From positions 1,856,001 to 1,920,000 of the forward strand of contig OY762654.1 in assembly GCA_963666205.1 (NCBI GenBank): a stretch of DNA of 64,000 nucleotides, in the 5' to 3' direction. Origin of the DNA: Synergistales bacterium (GTDB lineage Bacteria > Synergistota > Synergistia > Synergistales > JAFGMB01). Each line of letters starts with the position of its first letter. Position 1 is the stretch's first letter. The notes under the pieces are model-generated. The model saw only the letters and a program-made list of their open reading frames with translations. It was not told where the DNA came from and did no database searches. The translations under genes were made by a program, and so were the position numbers. Shown one piece after another: positions 48,794 through 59,175 of this stretch.

Positions 48794-49431
48794 TGATCAG
48801 GGTAATGATCTGCGAAGATGTTGAGGATGTAAGGGAAGGTCTGAAGTACCTTCTTAACATGGATCCAGAGATTGAGGTCGTGGATGCTGTTCCCACAGCT
48901 GAAAAACTTTTTCTGACAGTGGAAGAGCACGGTGTACCGAATATAATCCTTATGGACATCGTGTTGCCAGGAATGGACGGGATCGAGGCCACAAAAAAAC
49001 TTAAGGCCCTGTATCCTGATATAGATATCCTTATTCTGACCATTTTTGAAGAGGAAGAAAAGATCCTGAGTGCCATACAGGCTGGCGCCACCGGATATAT
49101 CCTTAAAAACACGAGACCGGGGGAGCTGACCGCCCAGATAAAGGCCCTGCATAGTGGTGGTTCTCCCATAAGCCCTAATGTGGCGAGGGTTCTGCTTCAC
49201 GAGTTTCAAAGGGAAAAAAGACATAACGGAAGAGATGAATATAATCTTACTCCTCGGGAAAAGGAAATCATGCAGGGAATTATCAAGGGTTATACCTACA
49301 GGGAAATCGCAGAAGAATATAACATAGCGAGTTCAACTGTAAAAAAACATATTCTCCATATATACAAGAAACTTAATGTGACTTCCAAGGTAGAGTTCAT
49401 TAAAAAAGTTATGGACTGGGACCTCCATTAA
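48793..49431 (+). CDS. NarL/LuxR-family response regulator
   Basis: ILMDIVLPGMDG, GYILK and LTPREKEI...IYKKL motifs. Confidence 0.95.
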   Translation: MIRVMICEDVEDVREGLKYLLNMDPEIEVVDAVPTAEKLFLTVEEHGVPNIILMDIVLPGMDGIEATKKLKALYPDIDILILTIFEEEEKILSAIQAGATGYILKNTRPGELTAQIKALHSGGSPISPNVARVLLHEFQREKRHNGRDEYNLTPREKEIMQGIIKGYTYREIAEEYNIASSTVKKHILHIYKKLNVTSKVEFIKKVMDWDLH

Positions 49432-49585
49432 ACCTTTTTATACACCAAATGGTCTACCCTTTTGCCTTTAGAATTTTTCAAGAGTCTTAAAATACCTCCT
49501 TTGGTTAATTTACCTTACCTCTCCTTTTGATCTAAACTGAAAATTGAGGTGTAATATCCTTTTTCCTATTAGGGGGGGTTATTTT

Positions 49586-50875
49586 ATGAATGCAAAGGGG
49601 GGGAACGGAGGAGCCTTTGATTGGTATTTTAAATCCAATCTTCTCATGAGGATCCTCATCGGGCTTGTCCTGGGTGCGGTCGCCGGTCTGGCAGCAGGGG
49701 ATGCCATTCTTTGGGTCGCACCCTTCGGCAGCCTGTTCGTAAGGCTTCTGAAGATGATAGTGATGCCCGTTATACTTACTACCCTTGTGGTGGGAGCAGC
49801 GAGCATCAGCCCGGCAGAGCTGGGAAAGGTGGGAGTTAAGATAGTGATATTCTATCTTCTCACATCTGCTTTTGCGGTAGCCATAGGCCTTCTTATGGGC
49901 AATGTTTTCAAACCGGGTCTTGGGCTTGAGCTAGGTGCACTTGGTGAAGCCGCAGGAAGGGCCCTGCAGAAACCATCTCTTACTGATACTCTCCTTAATA
50001 TCATTCCGACGAATCCTTTTGATGCTCTTTCTGGGGGGAAAGTGCTTCCGATAATATTCTTCGCGGTGATATTCGGTATAGGGATAAGCTACCTGAAGAT
50101 AAGCAAGGATCAGCGTATCAGGAATGCCGGAGAAACTCTGTTAAACGTCTTTGACGGTGCAGCTGAGGTTATGTATCTCATCGTCCGCTGGGTTCTCCAG
50201 TATGCTCCTATAGGGGTCTTTGCTCTTATCGCAGTTGTATTTGCAAAGCAGGGTACGAAAGTAGTAGGACCCCTGGGAACGGTTACCCTGGCATGTTTCC
50301 TGGGTTATTTCCTTCATGTGATAATTGTTTATGGAGGGCTTCTTTCCATGAACAAACTGAATTTCATTACCTTCCTGAAGGGTGCGAAGGAAGCCATGAT
50401 AACAGCCTTTGTGACCAGAAGCAGCAGCGGAACTCTTCCGGTAACAATGAGATGTGCTGACGAAAATCTGGGTGTACCCAGAAATGTTTATTCCTTCACC
50501 CTTCCCCTGGGAGCCACGATCAATATGGATGGAACTGCCATTTACCAGGGAGTCTGTGCCCTCTTCATAGGTTTTGCCGTGGGACTTCCCCTGGACCTTA
50601 CCCAGCAGTTAACTGTAATACTGACTGCTGTTCTTGCTTCAATCGGGACAGCAGGAGTGCCGGGTGCAGGTGCGATAATGCTACTTCTGGTACTAAATAC
50701 GGTAGGCCTTCCAATAGAAGAGGGATCAGCTGTAGCTGCAGCATACGCAATGATCCTTGGAATAGATGCCATCCTGGACATGGGAAGGACATGTATTAAT
50801 GTAACGGGAGATATGGCCGGAACAGTTATAGTAGCTAAGAGCGAAAAACTGCTGGATCTTGCCAAGTGGAAATAA
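49586..50875 (+). CDS. Dicarboxylate/amino acid:cation symporter (DAACS)
   Basis: [24 protein letters not shown] and DMGRT motifs. Confidence 0.95.
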   Translation: MNAKGGNGGAFDWYFKSNLLMRILIGLVLGAVAGLAAGDAILWVAPFGSLFVRLLKMIVMPVILTTLVVGAASISPAELGKVGVKIVIFYLLTSAFAVAIGLLMGNVFKPGLGLELGALGEAAGRALQKPSLTDTLLNIIPTNPFDALSGGKVLPIIFFAVIFGIGISYLKISKDQRIRNAGETLLNVFDGAAEVMYLIVRWVLQYAPIGVFALIAVVFAKQGTKVVGPLGTVTLACFLGYFLHVIIVYGGLLSMNKLNFITFLKGAKEAMITAFVTRSSSGTLPVTMRCADENLGVPRNVYSFTLPLGATINMDGTAIYQGVCALFIGFAVGLPLDLTQQLTVILTAVLASIGTAGVPGAGAIMLLLVLNTVGLPIEEGSAVAAAYAMILGIDAILDMGRTCINVTGDMAGTVIVAKSEKLLDLAKWK

Positions 50876-51040
50876 CCGCTATCTTCAAACCGGGAATCGT
50901 ATAATTTAATTGCAATACATCGCAACCCGACCCTGGATAGGGCATTAAGTCCATCCGGGGCCGGGTTTATTTTTTCAAAAAACGGTAAAGGGAATTAAGG
51001 GTAATTAATATAAATTTGTATAAAAATTTCTAAAATATTC

Positions 51041-51069
51041 TTGACAAATTTGAGATAGTGCTATATACT
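51041..51069 (+). promoter_or_regulatory. Promoter of first csp gene
   Basis: TTGACA-17-TATACT. Confidence 0.8.
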
Positions 51070-51122
51070 TTCCCAGTTGCCGATGTAGGGCAACAGAAAA
51101 AACTTTTAGGAGGCAACACATT

Positions 51123-51323
51123 TTGACAAACGGAACAGTTAAGTGGTTCAATGGCACAAAGGGTTATGGTTTCATCACCGGAGAAGATGAGAAAGATTAT
51201 TTCGTGCATTTCAGCGTGATCAATGTCGACGGTTTCAAGACTCTTGATGAGGGTCAGGCAGTAACCTTCGATATCGAGAACGGTCAGAAGGGACCCCAGG
51301 CTAGTAACGTAACGCCTGTGTAA
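51123..51323 (+). CDS. csp: Cold-shock protein
   Basis: GTVKWFN, KGYGFI and FVHFS motifs; TTG start after AGGAGG. Confidence 0.97.
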   Translation: MTNGTVKWFNGTKGYGFITGEDEKDYFVHFSVINVDGFKTLDEGQAVTFDIENGQKGPQASNVTPV

Positions 51324-51387
51324 GCAGCTTCCTTTCTGCTGAAATATATAGATTTTATAAATCTCACTGTTTCACAGAACTGAAGTC

Positions 51388-51422
51388 AAAAGTGACGGCC
51401 TTTCAAGGCCGTCACTTTTTTT
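51388..51422 (+). terminator. Rho-independent terminator
   Basis: aaaagtgacggcct / aggccgtcactttt followed by T run. Confidence 0.9.
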
Positions 51423-51610
51423 GTTCAGTTAAAAGTAGAAAAAGCAGGAAATTACTATGCCTTTACGAGGAAAATAGCCAAAATTAGACCTAAAATGAAA
51501 TAATTACCTAAAAACTTTAAAAAAAGAGTTGACAAACTGGGGGATTAACCTTTATGTTGGTTGTGCTGCTATATAGATGGCAGATGAAAACATTTTAGGA
51601 GGTTACAAAT

Positions 51611-51811
51611 TTGAGTCAGGGAACAGTCAAATGGTTCAACGGTAGCAAGGGTTATGGTTTTATTACTGGCGAAGACGGCAAGGATTATTTCGTTCATTTC
51701 AGCGCGATCAATGTCGATGGCTTCAAGACCCTCGATGAGGGCCAGAAGGTCACCTTCGATGTTGAGTCCGGCCCGAAGGGACCACAGGCATCTAACGTAA
51801 CGCCTGTGTAA
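51611..51811 (+). CDS. csp: Cold-shock protein (paralog, 57/66 aa identical)
   Basis: Same motifs; TTG start after AGGAGG. Confidence 0.97.
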   Translation: MSQGTVKWFNGSKGYGFITGEDGKDYFVHFSAINVDGFKTLDEGQKVTFDVESGPKGPQASNVTPV

Positions 51812-51877
51812 GCAGCTTCCTTTCTGCCGGAGTGTATTTCATTTCATAGAACTCTATTTCAGCAGAAGCGAAGACAT

Positions 51878-51910
51878 AAGCGGCGGTCCGAATGGATCGC
51901 CGCTTTTTTT
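51878..51910 (+). terminator. Rho-independent terminator
   Basis: aagcggcggtcc / ggatcgccgctt followed by T run. Confidence 0.9.
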
Positions 51911-52108
51911 ATATCAGGGTCTTAAGTCCCTTGACAAAAGCCCTTCTATTCGTTAGATTCTTAACATGGTGAATTAAAGAACTGTCATAATGTTTTCTTC
52001 TTCAGGTGAATCCTGGGAATCTTCCTTTCATTTCAGAAATTGCCGCAATAGCTCTTCCTGACTCGTTCATCAGTTTCTTTAACACAAAAGAATATGGAGG
52101 GGAGTGAA

Positions 52109-53107
52109 ATGAACAAGGCGATCTTTAAGGCTTGTATTGTTATTATTCTTCTTATTCTTCTATTTTCATGTCGAGCACTTTTCTGTGACAGGGCTTTTGC
52201 CCTCTTTCCAGCTGAACTCCTTGCTTCGAATGACATAATAGCCTTTGGCGGGGACGATGGTTCGAATATCCTTCAAAATTCAACAGAAATCACTCTGGAG
52301 ATGGAGTATATTGGTGAAGACCTTTTCTGGACTGGAACTTCGAATGATATTGATGGACTGCTGATAAGAACTATGGAGAGGTCGGCAGAGATGGATGCAG
52401 TATTTCACCTTCCCTGAGGCTGACAATCCTTTACCGTGAGTTTCACGGGTATCACAGGTGCAGAGAATGCCCCGGGACTTGAATGTGACGAAGGATATAT
52501 GGTGAAATGGGATATTACTGTGAAGGATCAGATCCTTTGGGGCAGTATGTATGTTTACAGGAAACCTGGCAACAAACTGATCCCGGTCGATGTTGTCTAT
52601 ATTGAAGAAGGACTCCACCTTGATCTGTATTGTATGAACGAGAACAGTAGCCTTTCTGACGCCTTGTCGATCGGCGAATGTTCAGATAAGGAACTCCAGG
52701 TCTGTATAGACGATTTTGTGAAGCAATGTGAACCGGCAGACCATCTTTTCCTTGTTATTTTCAACAGGGGAACGGAAATGCCTCAACTGTCCACTGAGCC
52801 CGACTGGTTCAGTTACCCCAGCTTTAATGACAGCGAGGACCGGTTTCTCAATGTAGTGGAAGAAAACGGGATCCCTCCGGGTTTATGTGGCATTGTTGAT
52901 CTCGGACCACTTTCAGAGCTTGGAGGCCAGGCTAGTCTTTCTTTTGCTGATGGCAGTAGTCTTGATCTGACCTGGGAAGAGGTCCCCGGCGGCAATGAGA
53001 CTCCTGAAGACACATCCTCCTCAGGAGGATGCGCTTTAAGCCTGATAAGCAGAGAAAGCCTTCTAATATTCCTTGCCCTTTTCCTTGTATTTGTCTGGAA
53101 GCCGTAG
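52109..53107 (+). pseudogene. Synergist-CTERM-like surface protein interrupted by two in-frame TGA codons (pseudogene, sequencing error or recoded CDS)
   Basis: Signal peptide at 52109; TGA 52415 and TGA 52421; same frame continues to SSSGGC + TM + K tail. Confidence 0.65.
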
Positions 53108-53150
53108 AAACCAGTATCCGGGTCTCATATGGAACAGATAGACACCATAG

Positions 53151-53190
53151 ATAGCGAGGCGGGGCCGGAATTCCGGCCCCGCCTCGCTAT
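53151..53190. repeat. Perfect 40-bp palindrome
   Basis: atagcgaggcggggccggaa|ttccggccccgcctcgctat. Confidence 0.9.
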
Positions 53191-53305
53191 GGCTATATGA
53201 AAACAATTATCATTATGATATGGTATTAAAAACTCTCATAATGGATATTTCAGTCATGGGATAATGAGAGATCAGAGAATGTTTCTCAGCGGGGAGGATG
53301 CATAT

Positions 53306-54118
53306 ATGAAACTTACAGTAGCAGTAGAGAACATGGCAGTATCTGGAGAACTGATGGGGGAGTATGGGTTGAGTTTTCACCTGACCGATGGAGAGAGGAA
53401 TATCCTTATGGATACCGGACAGGGCAGAACCCTTCTCTATAACTCTAAAGTCCTCGGTCTTGATCTCACAAGGGTTGATACTCTCCTTCTGAGTCATGGT
53501 CACTATGACCATGTGGGAGGTTTTTCGGAGATAATAATTCAGAATAGTCGTATGGAAGTATGGGCTCACGAAAGAATTGGAGACCCTCATATGGCTATCA
53601 GGAACGGTAAACCTGCCTTTGCTGGATGTCACATCAACATGGATGTAATTGATTTCAATCCTGTTCGTGGATTAACAAAAATAACTGATAATGTATGGGG
53701 TGTTGAGATCCCCGTTGAAACAAGGGATCCTGAATTCTGGGACAGGCCGGAAAGCCTTGTTGTTCCCTCCGAAGATGGATGGGAACTTGATCCTTTCCAC
53801 GATGATCTCGGTTTTGTCGTGGAAGGAGAGCATGGTCTGAGTGTTATCCTTGGCTGTTCCCATTCAGGTGTTCTGAACATCCTGGATACCGTTGCCAGGC
53901 ATTTCAACACGACCTGTTTCCATACCGTCGTTGGGGGGATGCATACCCGGGCTTTCAAGGCTGAAAAACTTGAAAAACTGACAGGAGAACTTGTAAATCG
54001 CTTCAAGGTGGAGAAGTGGAGACCCTGTCACTGTTCCGGTTTTGGTGCAGCAGCCGCCCTTGCTTCCAGACACGGCAATGTTGACTGGGCAGGTGCCGGA
54101 ATTGAACTGAAACTCTAA
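53306..54118 (+). CDS. MBL-fold metallo-hydrolase
   Basis: EYGLSF, DTG, SHGHYDHVGG, GCSHSG, GGMH and PCHCSG motifs. Confidence 0.9.
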   Translation: MKLTVAVENMAVSGELMGEYGLSFHLTDGERNILMDTGQGRTLLYNSKVLGLDLTRVDTLLLSHGHYDHVGGFSEIIIQNSRMEVWAHERIGDPHMAIRNGKPAFAGCHINMDVIDFNPVRGLTKITDNVWGVEIPVETRDPEFWDRPESLVVPSEDGWELDPFHDDLGFVVEGEHGLSVILGCSHSGVLNILDTVARHFNTTCFHTVVGGMHTRAFKAEKLEKLTGELVNRFKVEKWRPCHCSGFGAAAALASRHGNVDWAGAGIELKL

Positions 54119-54151
54119 CGTTCCTTCAGAACAGAAGATAAAGGATAATAT

Positions 54152-54183
54152 AAAAGCCCCGGGCATACTTCTCCCGGGGCTTG
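54152..54183. terminator. Terminator between convergent genes
   Basis: aagccccggg / cccggggctt. Confidence 0.75.
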
Positions 54184-54200
54184 ACTGATTAATATATTTT

Positions 54201-55559
54201 CTAGAGATTCTTAAGGCACTTGCGGGTGATGTCCATACCTTTCTGGATATCCTTGAGAGGAACATTCAGAGCCGGCCTATAGCGTATGGTCAATGGACCG
54301 CATGGCAGGATAAGCATCTTTTCACCATGAAGGGCCTTGAGAAGCTTGTTCCTGGTTTCAGTGTCCGGAAGATCATAGGCGCACATAAGTCCCTTACCTC
54401 TTACATTAGAGATCATGGGGAATTCCTTCTGGAGTTCCTTCAATCCATTAAGCAGAGCGGGACCGGCGGTATTGGCGACATAGTCAAGGATATTTTCCTC
54501 AAGGTATATTTCGAGGTAGCGCTGTGCCCTTACCATATCTACAAGATTGCCGCCCCAGGTGGAATTGATCCTGCTCGATGTTTTCCAGCAGTTACCTTCC
54601 GCCTCGTCAAGACGGGAAGTGGTGCATATTCCGCAGATCTGGGCTTTCTTGCCAAAAGCAAAAATATCGGGCCTTACATCATAGTGTTCAAAGGCCCACA
54701 TCTTTCCAGTAATGCCCATTCCACACTGAACTTCATCAAAGATAAGAAGCATTTCGTGCTCATCACATATTTTGCGAAGGGTTCTCAGGAATTCGCCGCG
54801 GAACTGGTTATCTCCGCCCTCACCCTGTATGGTTTCTACGATAATGGCACAGATATCGTCGGGGTTTTCTGCAATGGCATCTCTGATCTGTTTGATGGAC
54901 TGCTGTTCCGCCCATTTGATCATATTGAGGTTTTCTTCCATGGGCCAGTAGATCTTTGGATTCAGAACCCTGATCCAGTCGTTATACTTGGCGAAATACT
55001 TGTGTTTATTGGGATCATGGGTATTGGTGAGACTGAGGGTATATCCGCTTCTTCCATGGAAAGCCTCATTGAAATGGATGACCTTTGTTCCCCTTTTCCC
55101 TTTTATAGCTCCGCCCTCTGTGAGTTTCCCGGCAGCAATGAGTTTTCGTACCTTCCAGTCCATGGCTGCTTTCAATGCATTTTCGATGGCCAGTGTGCCG
55201 TAATCTATGAAGAAAAGGTGTTCAAAACCTTCAGGAACTGCGACAGTGTCAAAAGCCTTGAGGAACTGTGCCATTTCTATTGTGTAGATATCTGAATTGG
55301 CAACCTTGTTTATTGCAGCCCTGAAGATCTTCTCCTTGAATTCTTCTGTTTCAAGCTTTGGATGGTTCATCCCAAAGGGAGCAGATGCAAAGAAAGTGTA
55401 GAAATCAAGCCACTCGTCTCCATTGATGGCATTCACAATATGGCTTCCCTTTGATTTTTCCATATCGATGACTATATCAAAACCATCCCTTAGCATACGG
55501 GATTCAATTGTGGAGAAAACATCCTTTGCCTCTACTGAAAAATCGAAATCTTTTATCAC
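54201..55559 (-). CDS. lat: L-lysine 6-transaminase-like class III aminotransferase
   Basis: DFYTFFASAPFGMNHP, AFHGRSGYTLSLTNT, QGEGGD, FGKK and RINSTWGGNLVDMVR motifs. Confidence 0.9.
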   Translation of the reverse strand: MIKDFDFSVEAKDVFSTIESRMLRDGFDIVIDMEKSKGSHIVNAINGDEWLDFYTFFASAPFGMNHPKLETEEFKEKIFRAAINKVANSDIYTIEMAQFLKAFDTVAVPEGFEHLFFIDYGTLAIENALKAAMDWKVRKLIAAGKLTEGGAIKGKRGTKVIHFNEAFHGRSGYTLSLTNTHDPNKHKYFAKYNDWIRVLNPKIYWPMEENLNMIKWAEQQSIKQIRDAIAENPDDICAIIVETIQGEGGDNQFRGEFLRTLRKICDEHEMLLIFDEVQCGMGITGKMWAFEHYDVRPDIFAFGKKAQICGICTTSRLDEAEGNCWKTSSRINSTWGGNLVDMVRAQRYLEIYLEENILDYVANTAGPALLNGLKELQKEFPMISNVRGKGLMCAYDLPDTETRNKLLKALHGEKMLILPCGPLTIRYRPALNVPLKDIQKGMDITRKCLKNL

Positions 55560-55615
55560 TTTTTAGTCCTCCCTCAAGATCGGTTAATTTAAAGATTGCC
55601 TGGTGACAGTGCCTT

Positions 55616-56560
55616 TCACCGGGTTATCTGGGTTCCTGCATTACCTCTCAGTGCTTCAAGGGCATGATCAAGGCTTGAGATAACAGCCCTTTGTCCACCA
55701 TTTTTCACAAATCTCAATGCAGCCTCTACCTTGGGTCCCATGGAACCGGCTTTAAAATGTCCCAGGGCCTTGAGGTTTTCCAGTTCCTGAACAGATACTT
55801 TTTCAAGCCATTTCTGATCCGGAGTATTGTAGTTTATTGCAACATTAGGAACATCAGTCAGTATTACGAAGATATCCGCATCAAGTTCCTGGGCGAGTTT
55901 TTCGCCTGCAAGATCCTTATCGATTACGGCTTCGACTCCTGTATAATTCCCATTTTTATCCCTGATTACCGGGATGCCTCCGCCTCCTGAAGCTACTACG
56001 ATAAACCCGTCCCTGACAAGATGCCGAATAACATCCCTTTCCACTATGCCCTTAGGATCCGGAGAGGGTACAACCCTTCGCCAGCCCCTTCCAGCATCTT
56101 CTATCCAGGTTTCACCCTTTTCGTCCATTTTGTTCCGGGCCACCTCTTCGGTATAGAATGGACCTACGGGCTTGGTAGGTTTTTTGAAGGCTATGTCTTC
56201 CGGGTCGACTTCAACCCTTGTCACAACGCAGACAGGGTTTCTGCCCGATACTCCATGTTCTGCCATGGCATTTGTAAGACACTGGGAAAACATGTATCCG
56301 ATAAAGCCCTGACTCTCTGCACCGCAGTAATCCATGGGCATAGCCGGGACATGACTGCTTCCCAGTTCATTCTGGATAAGAAGAGCTCCTACCTGCGGCC
56401 CGTTGCCGTGGGTCAGGGCGACATCATATCCGGCTTCTATCATCCTTACGATCTGACTCACTGTCTTATGGACATTTGCCATCTGTTCGGAGGAAGTTCC
56501 CCTTTGACCCGGCTGAAGAATTGCATTTCCTCCCAGCGCTACTACTACTCTTTCTCCCAT
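55616..56560 (-). CDS. arcC: Carbamate kinase
   Basis: VALGGNAI, HGNGPQVG, PTKPVGPFY, RRVVPSP, EAVIDKD and GSMGPKV motifs. Confidence 0.97.
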   Translation of the reverse strand: MGERVVVALGGNAILQPGQRGTSSEQMANVHKTVSQIVRMIEAGYDVALTHGNGPQVGALLIQNELGSSHVPAMPMDYCGAESQGFIGYMFSQCLTNAMAEHGVSGRNPVCVVTRVEVDPEDIAFKKPTKPVGPFYTEEVARNKMDEKGETWIEDAGRGWRRVVPSPDPKGIVERDVIRHLVRDGFIVVASGGGGIPVIRDKNGNYTGVEAVIDKDLAGEKLAQELDADIFVILTDVPNVAINYNTPDQKWLEKVSVQELENLKALGHFKAGSMGPKVEAALRFVKNGGQRAVISSLDHALEALRGNAGTQITR

Positions 56561-56669
56561 TACTATCCCCCTTAGATCTTTCCCCTGTTTCACCAGGGGA
56601 GGGAAGGGGAATATATGGATTCCCCTTCCCTCTGTTTCTCTATCGGTCAGCTAAATCTGGATCACTGTT

Positions 56670-57617
56670 CTAAAGGTTGCCTATGGTCGCCACCATGACA
56701 GCTTTTATGGTGTGCATCCTGTTCTCAGCCTCGTCAAAGACTTTTGAAGCAGCTGATTCGAAGACATCCTCAGTTACTTCTTGGCCCTTGTTCGCCGGAA
56801 GGCAGTGAAGGAAAATGCTATCATCCCTTCCAGTAGCCTTCATGACTTCGGCATTGACCTGGTAGGGCTGAAGAAGGGCCATTCTGGCGGCTTTCTGGTC
56901 TTCCTCACCCATGGATACCCATACATCGGTATAAATCGCATCAGCGCCTTTAACCGCTTCCATGATGTCTGTCTGGAGTTCTATGACGCAGCCATTTTCT
57001 TCTGCGATCCTGCGGCATTCAGCAACGAGACCTTCTTCAGGAAAGAGACTCTCAGGTGCTGCAATAACAAAGTCTATTCCCATCTTCGCGGATCCTATCA
57101 TCAGGGAATTTGCCATGTTGTTCCTTCCATCTCCGGCATAGACAAGCCTGAGTCCCTTAAGGCATCCGAAATTCTCCTGTATGGTAAGGAAGTCTGCCAG
57201 GATCTGGGTCGGATGGTAGGAGTCAGTGAGACCGTTCCAGACCGGAACACCGGCATACTCTGCAAGCTCTTCCACCATGGACTGTTTGAAACCCCTGAAC
57301 TGGATACCGTCGAACATCCTGCCGAGAACCCGCGCAGTATCCTTCACATCTTCTTTCCCACCGAGATGGATGTCATTTTTTCCCAGGAATTCCGCGTATC
57401 CGCCTTCATCCTGGCATCCCACTGTGAAAGCGCACCTGGTCCTGGTAGAAGCTTTTTCGAAAAGAAGGGCAATGCTTTTTCCCTCGAGCAGCTTTGTCCT
57501 TATACCTGCCCTCTTTTTGGCCTTCAGATCCATGGACAGTTGAAGCAGGTACTGGATCTCCTGGGTGCTGAAATCCTTGAGTGTCAGAAAATGTCTTCCC
57601 TTGAGATTAAATGGCAT
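56670..57617 (-). CDS. argF: Ornithine carbamoyltransferase (catabolic context)
   Basis: STRTR, HPTQ, DVWVSMG, HCLP and AENRMH motifs. Confidence 0.95.
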   Translation of the reverse strand: MPFNLKGRHFLTLKDFSTQEIQYLLQLSMDLKAKKRAGIRTKLLEGKSIALLFEKASTRTRCAFTVGCQDEGGYAEFLGKNDIHLGGKEDVKDTARVLGRMFDGIQFRGFKQSMVEELAEYAGVPVWNGLTDSYHPTQILADFLTIQENFGCLKGLRLVYAGDGRNNMANSLMIGSAKMGIDFVIAAPESLFPEEGLVAECRRIAEENGCVIELQTDIMEAVKGADAIYTDVWVSMGEEDQKAARMALLQPYQVNAEVMKATGRDDSIFLHCLPANKGQEVTEDVFESAASKVFDEAENRMHTIKAVMVATIGNL

Positions 57618-57701
57618 TTTCTCAAACCTCCCATTTTTTATTTTTAAAACTCGTAACGATAAAGGTTCGATAATTGAATATGGAAATTTATTGATTCCTA
57701 G

Positions 57702-57736
57702 TATATCATATTGATATATGATATATCAGATATCAG
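57702..57736. promoter_or_regulatory. Candidate GntR operator (overlapping TGATATATCA-type palindromes)
   Basis: tatatcatat-tgat-atatgatata and tgatatatca in the divergent intergenic region. Confidence 0.6.
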
Positions 57737-57864
57737 TTGTTTTTCAATCATCTTTTTTAAGAAGTCGATCACGTTGTAAATGGAATTTGAAGAAGGTTTC
57801 TTTTCAATGAATTGAAGATCCAGGGGGAAAGATATTATTTCTGCCGGGAAAAGGGGAATATAAA

Positions 57865-58542
57865 ATGATCACAGATCCGATCCTGAATAACAAATCCTTG
57901 CGTCAGCAGGTTTATGAATATCTGAGAAATGAAATGATACAAGGCAGTTTCAGGCCAGGTTCCTTTCTGAAACTGAAAGAGATCGGGGCAAACCTGGGCA
58001 TAAGTGTTACACCCCTTCGAGAAGCCCTGCTTCAATTGGAAGTACAGGGTTTCATAACCATTTACCCAAGACGGGGATTTGTGGTGAACGAGCTGAGCCT
58101 TGAGGATATAAAGTTTGCCTACCAGATAATAGGAGCCCTTGAGTCATCTGTAGTTATCAATGAACGGGATAAGATCACACCCAATGTTATTAAGTTACTG
58201 AAGAAAAAGAACAAGGCTCTCCGGGTGTTGCTTGAAAAGGGCAATTATAATGAGTATTTTCTTCTGATGGACGAGTTTCACGATGTGCTGGTCAACCTGT
58301 CTTCCAATGAAGGTCTGAAGGAGATACTTAACATCCACAAAAGCAGGATCTATGATTTCCCCCCAAAGGGAAATTTCCCTTTCCTGGGAACCTGGGGTGA
58401 TGGTTCATGTGAAGAGCATGAACATATTATAGAACTGCTTGAAAAGAGCGATTTTTATGAAGCTGCCAGGTATTTAAGGGATGAACACTGGTCCTTTGCA
58501 GTTCATGAGGATTACATAAAACATTATTATCAGCCTGAGTAA
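57865..58542 (+). CDS. GntR/FCD-family transcriptional regulator
   Basis: SLRQQVYEYL, LGISVTPLREAL and EHEHIIE motifs. Confidence 0.93.
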   Translation: MITDPILNNKSLRQQVYEYLRNEMIQGSFRPGSFLKLKEIGANLGISVTPLREALLQLEVQGFITIYPRRGFVVNELSLEDIKFAYQIIGALESSVVINERDKITPNVIKLLKKKNKALRVLLEKGNYNEYFLLMDEFHDVLVNLSSNEGLKEILNIHKSRIYDFPPKGNFPFLGTWGDGSCEEHEHIIELLEKSDFYEAARYLRDEHWSFAVHEDYIKHYYQPE

Positions 58543-58591
58543 AAACAGTCTTTGTTTTTTCAAAGAGGAGACGGATCTTTCAAGTCTCCTC

Positions 58592-59125
58592 TTATCTTCC
58601 TTTTCTTAGAAAGGTTCCTCCGAAGACGCTTTTAAGGTCTACAAGAAAGGCAAATCCCTCGTAATCGTGAGCCAGATCAAGGACATGTGTGTAGCTTTTC
58701 CTGTCACAGACCACTTTCAGTACCAGGCGCATACCGCCCTTACCCTCACCTCTGAGGACAGTGGTCCCGAATCCCTGATCCCTGAGTTTTTCTACAAGTT
58801 CCATTCCTTTCTCCACATCGGAGAGGATCACTTCCACCAGTACATGGCCATTCATGATCTTTTCCTCGATGAAAGATCCCATAAAGTTGCCGGTAGCGAA
58901 TCCTCCGGCGTAGGCGATTATATTCGCCACGTTGTCCAGACCGCCTGCTTTAAGAACATATGTAAGGGAAAACAGATAGATCATTATCTCGAAAAAACCG
59001 ACTATGGCCGCCTGCAGCCTTTTCCCCTTAACAATGAGCAGCATCCTGAAGGTAGCCATGGAAACATCGCAGACCCTTGCCGCGAAAATAAGAATTGTTG
59101 ACAGAATCACTATATTACTTATCAC
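58592..59125 (-). CDS. UPF0316 / DUF2179-like membrane protein
   Basis: IFAARVCDVSMATFR, YAGGFATGNFMG and LRDQGFGTT motifs. Confidence 0.85.
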   Translation of the reverse strand: MISNIVILSTILIFAARVCDVSMATFRMLLIVKGKRLQAAIVGFFEIMIYLFSLTYVLKAGGLDNVANIIAYAGGFATGNFMGSFIEEKIMNGHVLVEVILSDVEKGMELVEKLRDQGFGTTVLRGEGKGGMRLVLKVVCDRKSYTHVLDLAHDYEGFAFLVDLKSVFGGTFLRKGR

Positions 59126-59175
59126 AATTATCCCCTCACCAGGTATATATTATTTATTGGCTTTTTCTGAAAGAC

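Noticed and set aside
49440-49510. NarL-type binding sites before the DAACS gene
   Set aside because: Imperfect palindromes too degenerate to support by eye
54327-55295. 322-aa plus-strand ORF
   Set aside because: Antisense shadow of lat with no recognisable motifs
56781-57647. 288-aa plus-strand ORF
   Set aside because: Antisense shadow of argF
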